DNA from: Rhodosorus marinus CCMP1338
Taxonomy: Eukaryota; Plantae; Rhodophyta
Direction of reading: 5' to 3'
Length of the DNA stretch: 64,000 nt
NCBI GenBank assembly: GCA_029953675.1
Contig: JAMWBK010000003.1
Span: 1,674,001 to 1,738,000 of the forward strand
Both the position numbers and the translations under genes were made by a program. The notes below the pieces were generated by a model. That model was not told the origin of the DNA, did no database searches, and saw only the letters and a program-made list of their open reading frames with translations. Shown here in pieces: positions 52,156 to 64,000 of the stretch (positions within the stretch are counted from its first letter, which is position 1; each line of letters starts with the position of its first letter).

Positions 52156-54460
52156 CTACTTCTCAAATGACAGGGCGCTGGACATTTCTCGTCGCTTAAA
52201 CTTCCAAATCAATTTCGAAGCCCTCTTAACGGAGAGGCGAGCGCCGTCCTTGCAACTCTCGTAAAGAGCTCGAAATGCATAATACCTGGCTTTTCGCCGG
52301 TTGAGGTCGGTCTCTGCGCCATACAAGCCTTCAAGATATCTCACAGCCTTTTGCGTTGGAGTTTCCTACAGAGGACAAACGAAGCGTCAGTCCGTTCGAG
52401 TCAGCACTCCACGAAATCATGAGATGGGATCCTGAAGTTCTCCATCCTTGGTCAGGTCACGCACCTCTACTCTACTTCTCTTTCTGTATTTTACTAGGTA
52501 CTCAGAACGAGTTGTTTCAAATTCCTCGTCACCTCTGGACCTCTTGCTTGCTGCTTGTCCACCACGCTGAGGTTCTTCAGGGTTTGATTCCAACTCCTCA
52601 TCTTCTTCTGTCTCCAAAGCCGCATCGTACGAATCGTCCTCTTCCGCTTCGTCATCCGTTGACTCAATCTCACTGGTGGCTTGCGTTCTGCTGGTTTCTT
52701 CCCTTGCGGAAACCTGCCGCAAGGAATACCGACCTCTAGAAGTATTTCCCCCTGGTCGATCACCAACCGGATTGCTTCGCGCTGTACCAGTCTTGTCTTC
52801 GCTTGCAGACCGTCGTCTGGCACTTATTCTGGAGACTTGAGAATCCTTTCCTCCAGCCAGATTCTCTGGGCCTAAGACTTTCTCTGATTGTAAGCGCGTC
52901 ATTTTGGGGGGAGGCACCTGTCCGTGATTAACTCCATCGGGACCCTCGTCACCCTCCACGGTCTCATTACGTCCCTTCGTTTTTTCTCCCTGAGATGTAT
53001 GATTACTTCGCACGTCCTCGTAAGCGTTTTTTCTAGCTCCTTCCTTGGTCTGGCTCCTTGTCTTGGGAACGTGGACTTGTTCATCCACAAGGCCGGGGTT
53101 GGCCTGTGTGACGGAAGCTTCCGCAGCAGGCGCGGGTTCTCGGTCCTCGTTCACGGAGCCTTTCTCGGTTACGTCGTTTTGTGCTGCTTCAGTCTTCGTA
53201 TCCAGAAGGATGTTCCCCGCTTCTCCCTCAGTCAAACCGGAGACCGCAAAAGCAGCAGGTCCTTCACCGCGCTTGCTCCGTGGACCGGTGGATGCCATCT
53301 CCGAGTTTGTGGCAGTGCCAGATTGCGAAGCTTCATGCTCAGCAAGGAGCGAGTTCCTGGCAGCTTCGTTGGATTCATTTCTAGGATTCAACGTTGTCTC
53401 AGTTAGATGAACAGATCCTTTGAGCTCTCCGTGGACCTGTTCGTCAAGGTCTGCTCGGTCACCCTCTGTCTCTAGCTTATTAGGTCGAATCTTCTTCAAA
53501 ATGCCCGCTGCACCAATAGTATGGACGGCCATGTCAACCAACGAACGACCCAGGGACGGGTGTCCTCCCAAGCTGCCATTAGGTTCCTTCGCCTCCGCTA
53601 TGCTGGATCTTGCGGATGCCTGGGAGCGAGTTTGGCGACCCTCGCTGTCTATCTTCCCGCCGACCGTCGCAGACAACAACCTCTCCGCACCTGGCTTCAG
53701 CACCAATCCGGACTCATTCAAACGATCCCTAATGGGCGCAACTTTCAAGGCATTTACCCCTCCATTATTCGGGCCCTAGTCCAATGGAACAAGGGCACTT
53801 TAGAAAAACAAACTTCGTCGTGGATTGGACGGCAAACAAATTCCTCTGATGAGCAGGATGCGGAGGAAACACTATCTACGTACTTTGATATTTTGTTCAA
53901 GCTGCTGAAGCTCTCCATCCACCTTTCGACGCACCGCAACTTGGTCCCCTAGGACACCCTGGGCGTGCAGGTGAGCATGTGCATTCAGAAACCCACTAAG
54001 CCTTTGCTTCTGTTGTGCATTTCTACGTACCTCATATACGCGCATCCAGGACGGAGCAAAATCCGCTGCTGGTAGCAACTTTCCCTCAGAGAGACAGGAT
54101 TCGATCCATCTGCTGCTTATTACCTTTCTTATTCGTACGTGCGGAATGAGGTGAGCGGAGTGCCGCGAAAGCATCATGCTTTGTGTACGCAAGCTCGGAA
54201 GAGACATCGTAGCAAGGGAATGTACTAACCTTTTCCATCCGCTCGATCCCGAAAACGTTCGGATCTAGAATAACGTTCTCATCAACCAGAATCACATCGG
54301 TGTCGTCGGTGATACCTTCTTGAACATCGCCTCCTGCTGTCTGAATTAGCTGCCTCATGTCCTCGTTCGCAACGGAATCGGTCAGGAAGATCTTCAGTTT
54401 GATCAACCCAGCTCTTCGGGAAGGTTTCTTCGAAAAAAATGGAGTTCTTGGTTTATCCAT
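52156..54460 (-). CDS. N-terminal BRCT-domain protein with long disordered middle and short helical C-terminal domain
   Basis: LIQTAGGDVQEGITDDTDVILV and VISSRWIESCLSEGKLLP form a BRCT pattern. There is a ~440-aa low-complexity exon. The spliced last exon is ETPTQKAVRYLEGLYG...YAFRALYESCKDG...SFEK*. Confidence 0.75.
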
Positions 54461-54596
54461 GGCTCGAAAAAGTCCCCTCGAACGCCCCAAACCTATAGCA
54501 TTGAAGCCCTCTTCGGGGTCCAACCCGCAGTAACATCTCAAAAAACCACCCCAAGCTACTTCGTCTAAAACACCAACCTGTCAGGTCAGAAGAACG

Positions 54597-54743
54597 TACA
54601 TACTTAAGAGTTCTTGTAAACACATTCTTCTATTTAGGCTGTTCTATCTCTTCTAGAAATCACTCCAACATACATATTTAAGAGTTCTTGTAAATACATT
54701 CTTCTATTTAGGCTGTTCTATCTCTTCTAGCAACTACTCCAAC
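54597..54743. repeat. 74-bp tandem duplication in a divergent promoter
   Basis: TACATA(C/T)TTAAGAGTTCTTGTAAA(C/T)ACATTCTTCTATTTAGGCTGTTCTATCTCTTCTAG at 54597 and 54671. Confidence 0.92.
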
Positions 54744-54984
54744 CTCTGCAGACAACCCATCCCCCCAGTTACTCAAATACCCCCATCAACATGGAAAATG
54801 TATCATCCGCCATTGTGCTAGGGCATTCTTTGGCCCAGAAATATATTCCGAAATTCAGTCCTTCTCCCCCTGACACACGACTCCATTTTCTGTCACCCAT
54901 CTCTTGGGTGCAGTTGGTCGAATGATCTGTGGCCTGTGGGATAGCGAACAAGCTATGGAATTTCAGCCGGCGCTGATGATGTAG

Positions 54985-57168
54985 ATGCTGAGAACTGGTA
55001 TCTTTAACAACATGATTCATTCGCTGTCTTCACGTATCCGCCCCATTCGGAGCTGCACTATTGCCCTGGTAGAGCCTTGTCGACAGGGGATAGAGTGGAC
55101 TGGTGGTGTGGAATGTACTCAAGGGCTTGTTCAATAGTTCATACTAACGTATAGTCGTATCGAGATCCTGGCGATTTGCGAGTAGATCACCCCGGTTCGT
55201 GCTGGTCACTTTCCCGCCATAAATACCAATCGAGCGGTGGGGTATTCAGGCAACCGTGAGAGTCAACAGATACTCAACAATTGGTGGCGAACGCGGTCAG
55301 ACTTTCATGGACGTTGAAAGATTCGACTCTTGAGAGCTTGGAAAGGCTCCGCGAGTCCTTCGAAAGGTCAGATCTTGACCCAGCTCTCCATCCACGTTCG
55401 AGCCTGCTTCAACTAGCTGAGGGTCTAATCGGACGGCGTTTCCAAGCGGCTCAAGAGGAGATTCCAGTATATGATTCTAACTTAAACATTTCATATAGAT
55501 CTGATACGCCGTGTGGATGGAAGCTTCACCTATGCCTTTATCAAGCTCAACACGGAGCTTCCTTTCCGAACCTACGAGGAAGGAGTTTAGAAGCATGCTA
55601 TCTTTCTTAATTTAGGACCCACAATCAACGAATATTGGAAATTCATTAATCTAATTTATTAATATATGGATTCTATTGAGATACGACGATCTAAATATAG
55701 ACGAACAACTCTGCTTTGGTAGCGGAATCGACCAGATGTTCTCTGAGCGCGTGGGAGGGTTGTTGAGATTGCACTAAAGGGATTGCGGAAGGAGTTCCAG
55801 CAACTGAAGCGCTTGATAAATGGTTCATGAGGGTCTTTTGAACGTTCAGGATAAAGTAAGCCAGTTCGAGAGAGGTAGTCTACCGGCGGACGAGCTTCTT
55901 TCAGTGTTTGTTGGGAGCCCGGGCGTTGCCTGTCGGTGGATTCTGCTAAACGCCAGAAAGCCGTGGCTTGACATCAATCACCGACTACAGGATGTGATTT
56001 TGAACTCTGGCACGACCTCGAAGAGCTTCCTTGAAGAACTTGTTCGTGTTATCAGGACAATCCTAAGGGCTACCACTGGTAGGGTGGAGTTGGGTTTGCT
56101 TCCCTTTTCCCAAAGTTTGCATCTTGACTAACCAGCTGCTTCGGTTTCATGCGAATAGCCCCAAAATGGACGTTTATCGTAGTATCAAAGCTTGAAATTA
56201 GCAGTGACGTGTTGGACTCCCTCAAAACTAGTGTACGGCTCCACGCGTTTCGGTTCTTTCGGGATCAAGACATCCTCGGATTGGACGCAGCCTCGCAGGT
56301 GTTCGCGCCAGGCTGGGGCCCGGATATAACGAGCATCCCAAAGAGTCTGGAAAAGAAAGTACGAGTTGATCTTCGCGCGGAAACGAATGATATTCGCGCG
56401 CTCACTCTCGCCGTTCTTGTGTTTCAGATCCGCGCCGTTGAGCTCGATCCTGCAGGCGAAGAGGAGACAGGCTTGCCTTCGCCAGTACCACCTAGTTGGC
56501 CGTTGTTTTGCAGGACTGTCCTGAGGCAGTTAGAGGATCACATCATCGAAGGGGAGGACCGGATCCTTCCATTCGAGTTCGATCCGATATGCGAGAAGAT
56601 ATCTCCTACAACAGTTGGGGATGAGGTTGGAATTTGTTGCGAATACAAGAGCTGCAAGTACCTCCGGTGCTTAATCGAAGGTTCTCTTTTTCTCTGTTCC
56701 CACCCGACAGGTTATTATTGCAGCTAGTCATCTACATAACCGGATCCCAGCAAACCCAACGAAATGGCTTTTACTGTTAACCTGTTACGCTGCAGAAGCA
56801 CAGTATACTGGGGAGATGGCAGAATTCTTTGGCCAAGTTCTTTCTCGTCTACTCCTAACTCTTGTGGAGGAAGAGCGATTTGAAGACGCACTGCTGATTA
56901 TTCCAGTACGTCCTCAGCGCGCAATCTATAGCTCACCCCCTTCCGGATCACTGACGCCGTTGCTTTGCAGTATCTTCTCCTCGCCCTGCGGAAGGAAGCG
57001 GTGCAGTTACCGACCCACTTGATCAGAACATGTTGCATGGTTGCAATGTTGTCTGGAGACACCTTCTACGGCAAGTGCTTCATGACTGTAGCATTCACAC
57101 TGCAGTACTCGACCCTCAGCGAGACGTCTGCGATGGAAGTTCTCGTCAAAACTTGTGTAGACGAGTAG
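54985..57168 (+). CDS. Hypothetical helical protein, multi-exon, possibly organelle-targeted
   Basis: Consecutive protein-like ORF segments (55281-55610, 55820-56131, 56149-56727, 56816-57022, 56965-57168) are bounded by splice signals. The start is uncertain (MLRTGIFNNMIHSLSS). No family recognised. Confidence 0.55.
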
Positions 57169-57679
57169 TACTAAGAATACTTTCCAAGTTTCGACTCATT
57201 TTTGGATCAAAGGCAAGGCGAACTTTGCCCTCCCCTGAAGCCAACTATTAAACTCGTTTCTGTTTTATGTGCGTCTTGTGGTCTTCCTCCCCCATCAAAG
57301 ATCAGGACGGAAATTCGATGCTACACTTCTAAGCCAGAACGAGCCGTGGGGTGACCCCACGGCTCGCACATCCGCTGAACAAACAATGACAACGACAAAG
57401 CCATTGACGTCGCTCGTCCATTCCACAGTAGCTGGGGACAGTAGCGGCAGCCAAAGGGTCTAGCCAGACACAAGAAAATAGCCTGGGGGGGGGAGGGTTG
57501 TCCAAATTTTACCTGCCCGTCTCACAGATCCACCGGAAGAAAACCAGGCGATGGCGTCGCTCGTCGTTTCCACAGTAGCGGGGAACTACTGCCCATCAGC
57601 AGAGGAAATACACGAGCAAAATGAAGAGCTAGTAGATTTAGATATACCAACGCTTCTCACCAGACGAAAATAAAATTCC

Positions 57680-57684
57680 AAAAA
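57680..57684 (-). terminator. Pol III oligo-dT terminator of tRNA-Met
   Basis: T5 on the minus strand, 8 nt after the tRNA 3' end. Confidence 0.7.
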
Positions 57685-57692
57685 GCAGTTTA

Positions 57693-57766
57693 TGCCCTGG
57701 GTGAGACTTGAACTCACGACCTTAAGATTATGAGACTTACGCTCTAACCAACTGAGCCACCAGGGC
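57693..57766 (-). tRNA. trnM: tRNA-Met (CAT), elongator type, intronless
   Basis: GCCCTGGTGGCTCAGTTGGTTAGAGCGTAAGTCTCATAATCTTAAGGTCGTGAGTTCAAGTCTCACCCAGGGCA folds as a cloverleaf. It has the CAT anticodon, the U31-U39 pair of elongator Met and a GTTC T-loop. Confidence 0.97.
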
Positions 57767-58090
57767 ATTGCAATTTCACGGAAATATTATATATTTTATA
57801 ATACAACATTGATCTATCGCAGTTAATGCCGATGGACCTTGGTGAAGAGGATGGAAGAAAGACACTGGCAAGAGATCCTACGCTTGTAGATCTACTGAGA
57901 ACTTGCCATCAACCTGGATGTTTTTCTGAACAGGTATTTGAATCTCTCCTTATGGTTTCGTACTCAAGAGAGGGTGTGAAAATGGAGATGTAGTGGTTAT
58001 CCTGGTGCTGGTAACCTGGTTTGGAGGATTTTGGATTCTTAGGGACTCGTGGAGTTTGTTTTCTGTTTTGTATACTTGTTTGATTGAAGA

Positions 58091-58989
58091 ATGGTGGTGA
58101 GAGCATCTGATGAATCAGAACCTGATGATATATTTGGTGGAGAAGCACTGTGTCCACCTGAGCGATTCGGGATTGTCGAACCTGGCGTATGTCGCTCGAA
58201 TGTTCCTTTGGCGGAGAACTTCACCTTTGTGAGAATGCTTCAGTTGAAAGCTGTGTTGCTGCTTAGCCCTGAGATTCCGACAAGAGTAGTATCGACATTT
58301 TTTGAGGAGAATAAGGTCATGGTCAGACACCTAGGGCTCAAGTCATGGCGTGCGGACGTTAGCTGGAAGCCCATGTCAGAGGAGATGGTTAAGGAAGGTC
58401 TAGAGTTCGTTCTAGATGTCAGAAATCATCCTCTGATGATCTGTGATACTACTGGTGAACCCATCAGGAATGCCCACCCCAACCGTTTCTTCTTTGCTGA
58501 ACATCTATTCCCGGTTCCCTAGGCATTCACTTAGTGGGCACGTTGATCGGATGTCTGCGACGACTTCAAGACTGGAATCTGAACTCTATCGTAAACGAAT
58601 ACAGAAGTTTTGCGTGGAGCAAAACCAGGTACTCCAACGAGCAGTTCTTCGAGCTTTTCGACATCGATCTGATCAAGTTTCCAGAACACATGCCATCGTG
58701 GTTTGTCGAGGAGAGGAGAATCAACGCGGAGGAACAGGAAGAATTCGAACTACTTCGCAGCCAAAACGCCCTTGGACATGATGGGGAGCGGGTAAGCAGA
58801 TCGGCAGGCAAACTTCTCCATTCGAACGCGACCTAAACACCCAATCTGTCCCTCAAAACGCGTCAGCTTGGAGGAGTAGACATGCCAGACTACATAAGAT
58901 ACTATTATTCTAGAGGTGTGCTCCTCAATACCACGGTACACAAGAGACGGGAAAGAGCAAAGGGGGTGCCACCAGCCGGGCCCAGCTAG
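58091..58989 (+). CDS. Siw14/OCA-family tyrosine-phosphatase-like protein (probable pseudophosphatase)
   Basis: PPERFGIVEPGVCRSN, SWKPMSEEMVKEGLEFVLDVRNHPLMIC, GTLIGCLRRLQDWNLNSIVNEYRSFA, NEQFFELFD. The 3' end is either 58836 (unspliced) or 58989 (using the GTAAGC donor). Confidence 0.85.
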
Positions 58990-59141
58990 CGCGTGCAACT
59001 CAAACGCTAGAGAAGAACAGACCCGGAGCTCACCTGGTTTCTGAGTTCCATTAATTTATTAAATTGAAGAAGCACACGTTGCTGGGGCTTTTCTTTGATG
59101 AGAAATCAGTAGCCGCGACCAACAGCTGCCGGCGTGACTTG

Positions 59142-59914
59142 TCAATAAGTCTTTTGAAGCTCTGAGTCGATGGGTTGTTGCTGCGGAGCGTTCTGATCAG
59201 ATTTATATGCACCGTGCTCAACGAACAGGAACTTGGCAAGGTCGGATGGGCCTTTGACCGTCTGCATGGTCTGTTGAAGACTGATCAGGCCTAGCGCTTC
59301 TTTCTCTTTCCTCAAAGCAAGTGCTTCAGGCGACAGCAGCCCTTCATCTGAGACGGAATGAAAGTAGAGGGCAAACGGTTTTCCTGGTGTCATGCCGAAG
59401 ACCCAATGAAAGATAGCTTTGGTTCTTTCCATGTGGAAATCGCTTGTGATTATCAACAATCTCCTAAGATCTGGAAGAACATCAATGACATACAGCAAAG
59501 AGAAAAACCAGATGAGGGTTTCAGTAGTCTTTTCAAGGATCTAGATCTAGAGTTCGAGATCTCTTGGCAGGGTCATGCCTAACCTAGATTATCAATAATC
59601 ATGTAACGTGCAAAGTAAGCGTTTCCAATGGTGTCGAGGGACCAGCACTCCTTTAGAACCGAACTCGGTTCAGCTCCCTTAGACATAAGATAGTTTGCGC
59701 TCACGGTGGCTTCATCGATGGGTCTACCAGTTTCATCCCTAGGAGGTATGCGATGGGTTGTACCCCGAGATAAGACAATAAACCACTTAGGACGCGGATC
59801 AACCCTCAATGCCGCCTCCAGTCTCTCCTCGACGAATGGATGCATCCGTCCCCGGTCGTCAAGGCCACCGCCGGGAACAATCACCGCATCGTATCTTTGA
59901 ACCATCGAAGACAT
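59142..59914 (-). CDS. YdcF/SanA/ElyC (DUF218) family protein; 2 exons
   Basis: YDAVIVPGGG, ERLEAA, SRGTTH, EATVSANYL, ECWSLDTIGNAYF, IITSDFHMERTKAIF. Confidence 0.88.
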
Positions 59915-60182
59915 GTCTGAAAGCCTCCCGTCAAAGAAGGAAAAGCTCACGCCTGATGAGCAACAGGATCGTTTACAAGTCCCCCCTCCTCCGTTCTGGG
60001 AGCGTTCTGGGGACGAAGACCACACAGGGTACTCGCAATAGGGAGTAGTACCCAAACGAGTTCCTCTGGTGTGCTCCGGATGAATTCACCTCGGACCGCA
60101 TTCAGGGCCTAACAACGGAGAAATGTTGCGGCATACCCGTCGCTCTTCTATCGCTGTCCTATTCAAGTTGGCGACATGTCCG

Positions 60183-60375
60183 ACTCCGAAAAATGCGACA
60201 GCTTCGTGGAAGAATCGAAAGCGGAAATCAAGAAATACATCCACATCCAAGATGTAAACGATCTCCCCACGCCAGACTCTGTGGTTCCTCAAAGGTCGTT
60301 GGCGTTCTGGGATGTCGTTGTATTTCTCGATTTTCGGTTTCGATGCTTCCACGAAGTTTTCGAATTATTCGGAGT
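60183..60375. repeat. Imperfect inverted repeat (66-bp arms, 61-nt loop); pre-miRNA-like or fold-back element
   Basis: 60183-60248 versus the reverse complement of 60310-60375 gives 56/66 identities without gaps. Pairing extends a further ~10 nt with G-U pairs. Confidence 0.85.
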
Positions 60376-60745
60376 TTGATATCGGTCGAAGTGCAACAAC
60401 TATCCATTGCTCCTTCACCGGAACTCATTCTACCACAGGGAGTGGTTCTAGGATATATCAGGAATGGAATTCTGAGGACATCTGATTGAATCAGAGCATT
60501 TCAGGCTTTTTGCTCAAGCACAAAACGAGTTTGGTTGTTCTTGCGCAGGAACAGTCTATCCGGTCCCACTATGGGTCTACCTGGATAGATGCCTAGCTGA
60601 ATGGTATTCGGTATTGGCTTCTGGTTGGATTCTATGGATACCTGATTCACCTAGTGTCACCTAGTGTCCAGGCATATTGGGAAGGAGAGTCGGAACACAA
60701 GTACGTACTATTTACCGACGCTTTTTTCAACCTACGCGTATTGTC

Positions 60746-62291
60746 CTACACGTAAATGACACGGGAGAGCTTCTGGACTCTGTTCAAGAGTGCATCCCCT
60801 TGCTTGATTGTATTCTGGTACAGCGCGTTCTTTGCATCCGGGCGAGTCGTCTGGATTATTCCTCCAACCTAAACAGGGGAACAGCATGTACGCTTGTAAG
60901 TTCCAAGACACAGGTCGAGGGAAGGGGTTGCAAGACCGACCCTGTCAATTTTACAGTTAATTCGACCTGCAGTGATAAATCTGCAGAGTTCCTCGTCCAG
61001 GAAGTCAACCGTTACTCCAAATATGTTGGCCATGGATTCAATCCGTACGCTCTGATAACTCTGGAGAAACTGTGTATAGATAACCACTCGCAGCTCCCTT
61101 CCGATATAGCTTGAGTGGACGCCCAGGTACCGATCCGTTTTGAGCATCGCAATGATATCCGGGAGCGCAGACATGAATCTAGTTTCCAAAGAACCGTTGA
61201 TCAGCGCTCGAGACAGGGTTTGCAGTTCATGGCATGCGGGTTGACTTACGTTTTGTATTCACAAGCGACAACGGACCGCAAGAACTCCTCCAGCCTGCCG
61301 ATTTCGTGAATCATGGTCAAAATTTCGGGGGCGTTGGCAACGCTTTCTTTCAGAGTGGGGCGGTCTACGCTGACGAGCGCGGTTATCACAGTGTACAGAA
61401 TGAAATCCCGGTACGAGCACAACTCTGTCGCCGAAAAAGTAGCTAATGATTCAAGCAACAACTTCGCACCCCCCTCCATATCGCGTCTAGCCAGGTTGAA
61501 TACGCCTTCATATACCTGCCGGAGGTGGAACCGAGGCAAGAGGACGCTTAGTTTTCTCTGAGGATGGTAAAGCAAGAAACTGAATAAAAATCGCAGAAAA
61601 AAGAACTAGCTACCGTACCCGTAGGCGATTTTTTCTTTCCCAATCACCACCCTTTTCTATCAAATCCTTCGCTCGCGCAATGTTCTTCCTCGTGAAGTCA
61701 AAATCATTAGCAGCGAAGCCAAGCCTGATCAACGTCAATACCACATCAATCTTCTGCCCACTACCGACAGTTTTCTCCAACGTCTTATCGTAAGCCTCCA
61801 CAGCTTCCGACAAAGATCCGGTCCGAGCCACAAACTTCGATTGCGTGAGAAGAGCCTCCCTCACTTCGCTCTCCCCGAAGTTCTCCTCCGCATCCTTAAC
61901 CTTTGCCTCGAGCTCCTCTCGTTCTTTTGCAATCTCACTTTCTAGCCTCGCTTCAAGAGTAGAATCCTTTGGCCAATCCTAGGAGAACAAAACGAAAGCC
62001 ATGAAGGCATTTAGTTTAGGAATCCAAAATCCAGATCCCATATCGCCCGATCGGCGAGTATAAACACTACCGCGACGCAATACTTTCCCAACCAACACAA
62101 AGCAAACTAAGATTCAGAGAGATCGACGATCTACTAACCAATTCCTTGCCGACTTCTCTTAACAAGCACAGCGCCTTTCGCTCGATCAAACCCTCTTTCA
62201 AGCTCACCCCAGCTTCCTCATTCCCGTTCTTCGCCGCATATCTCAAACCCGCAAGCCTCAAAAGCTCATCCTGAGGGATATCTTCCTCCAT
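60746..62291 (-). CDS. RPN7: 26S proteasome regulatory subunit RPN7 (PSMD6); multi-exon
   Basis: [112 protein letters not shown]. Confidence 0.96.
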
Positions 62292-63577
62292 CCTCACACG
62301 ACTCAAAAAAAAAAAAGCCCAGAAAAATTAGACAAAAGCAAACAGATCCAAAGATCCAAAAACTCCCAAAACTCAACAAAAATCAACGCGTCCTTCTTCA
62401 CACACACACCAACAACACTTCCTCTTTAACATCAACTCCTCCTTCCCCCCCTACTCCAACCCCCAAACCCAACTTCGCTTTACGCACACAACTGAATAAG
62501 AGTTTCACGTCATCTCAGCACGGATAGCTGGCATACGACAAAAAGAGTACTCCGTCGAAAAAGACGTTTTCCATCGGTCTGGATGTTTTGTCTATTTCTT
62601 TGAAGAAAAAACTATTCAATCAACATTTACGGGAAGGGACTGATTTTTCGAGGGAATGGTTCACACGGTGGTCAGTTGACGATAGCTCATGAAGGCTGAA
62701 TCAATGTGGAAGCTGCTGGCTACTATGACTGGATCTGACTGCCATCGAACTGAATAATGGCATCCTTTTAGCTCTTCAATAGTTGTGGATTTCTCTCCAT
62801 ATGAAGTGGTGATGAACAGGCACCTGGCAAAAACAGGGAGGATGTGTGGGAGGTGTTGAGGGGATGTGGGTTGTTCCAAAGAGTTCGACAGGTTTCACCC
62901 CTGGCAGGAGAGAAACCAGGACCGGCAGAGCACCCGCCACCTCCCCCACCCCCGCTTTCAGTAAACAAGACCAAGACAGAAAGCACTCAAAGTGCTAGTA
63001 GAGTCTCGCGCCTCCGACGGGAGCGATGCTGGCACCATATCAAAAAAGGATCGCATCATCAAGTAGGCAGGATTCCAAATTCTTAGTGGAGCTCGCCGGA
63101 AGAGTTCATGTGTGGTAAAAGGTTTCTCAGAATTGGCATAGGGCGGTACTTTTGCAGCAAACATCCTCTAGTCAAAAACCAGAAACATCATTTAAATTGA
63201 AATAGACCGTCTGTCATCTTCATAACTTCTCTGTGACGTCTCCACCTTCTAGCAATGTCCGGCTATGCAAAATTATGCTCGGGCTGTGCCAAAATCTCTT
63301 CAGGTGCAACACCCTTTTGATCTTTATAGTTATTGCACATCCCGCTGGAGCAAGAGTATAAGTACGATGGGCAAACTCGATATTCCTAGGTTAGCTGGAG
63401 AGAGGAGAAGGAAAAATAAGAAGAAAATAGGAGGAAAAAAGGATAGAATTGGAATATATTACCTAATTAGGGAGTAATTAGGGGGGATAAAACCGGAAAT
63501 ATGGAGTAATTGAGGAATAACCAGCTGGCAGTTTGAGACGTAAAATCTGGTCTCATCGCATGATTGCGATTGAGGAA

Positions 63578-63927
63578 CCGACCCGGAGCCAGAGAACCTG
63601 AAGGACAACGTAAATGAGCCCAGAACCAGAAAACCAGTAAACCTGAGACCCAGGAACCAGAACTAGGATGGCCGCATTGATTAAGATCCAGGCCCCGCAG
63701 CCACGAGCATACGATGGCAGACGGGCCAACTTAAAATACGTTCTGAGGTTGTTCAAGAATGTACTAATGGTAAGCGCGTCCCGTTTGCCATCGTATGCTC
63801 GTGGCTGCGGGGCCTGGATCTTAATCAATGCTGCCATCCTAGTTCTGGTTCCTGGGTCTCGGGTTTACTGGTTTTCTGGTTCTGGGCTCATTTACGTTGT
63901 CCTTCAGGTTCTCTCGCTCCGGGTCGG
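63578..63927. mobile_element. Ty3/gypsy LTR-retrotransposon leader + gag 5' fragment arranged as a long inverted repeat
   Basis: Minus strand from 63837 reads MAALIKIQAPQPRAYDGKRDALTISTFLNNLRTYFKL, the gag P.xFxG.RDA..I..FL...YF motif. Arms 63578-63725 and 63780-63927 (148 bp, 4 mismatches) surround a 54-bp spacer. Confidence 0.8.
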
Positions 63928-64000
63928 AGAATCTTTTTCTCTATCTTGGATAGAGAAAAAGATAAAAACATAAAAGGGAATTTGAACTATTTTGGATCAC

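Noticed and set aside
57408-57585. ~28-bp imperfect direct repeat 147 bp apart next to the tRNA
   Set aside because: Too short and degenerate to assign. It has no A/B boxes of a SINE.
63200-63577. Possible LTR/PBS/PPT for the gag fragment
   Set aside because: No TG..CA-bounded repeat or tRNA-complementary PBS could be confirmed within the window.

Overview
Compact eukaryotic nuclear DNA, not prokaryotic. Most genes are split by short GT-AG introns (mostly ~45-110 bp) with CTRAC/CTAAC-type branch points. Four genes start with Phe-near-the-N-terminus plastid transit peptides of the rhodophyte type (MLLFV, MGFLV, MGYCFV, MTTFV), so a unicellular red alga is the most likely source (inference). 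About 22 protein genes are supported: a SAM-type mitochondrial carrier, HCF164-like thioredoxin, FAM136A, an ALMT/FUSC transporter, two tandem intronless Golgi carbohydrate sulfotransferases plus a pseudogene fragment, mevalonate-diphosphate decarboxylase, MED31, a long TMCO4/DUF726 lipase-like gene, a UVR-ApaG protein, a tandem two-domain ArsA/GET3 ATPase, a prokaryote-like GT4 glycosyltransferase, an HDAC-family deacetylase, a PPR protein, a BRCT protein, an OCA-type pseudophosphatase, a YdcF/DUF218 protein, RPN7 and several hypotheticals. There is also an elongator tRNA-Met. Non-coding structure includes a ~154-bp x 8.5 satellite, an island of degenerate tandem duplications at 30.3-34.2 kb, a pre-miRNA-like 66-bp fold-back at 60.2 kb, and a Ty3/gypsy gag 5' fragment folded into a 148-bp-arm inverted repeat at the right end. 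Exon boundaries were inferred by hand and multi-exon CDS coordinates give the outer span only.
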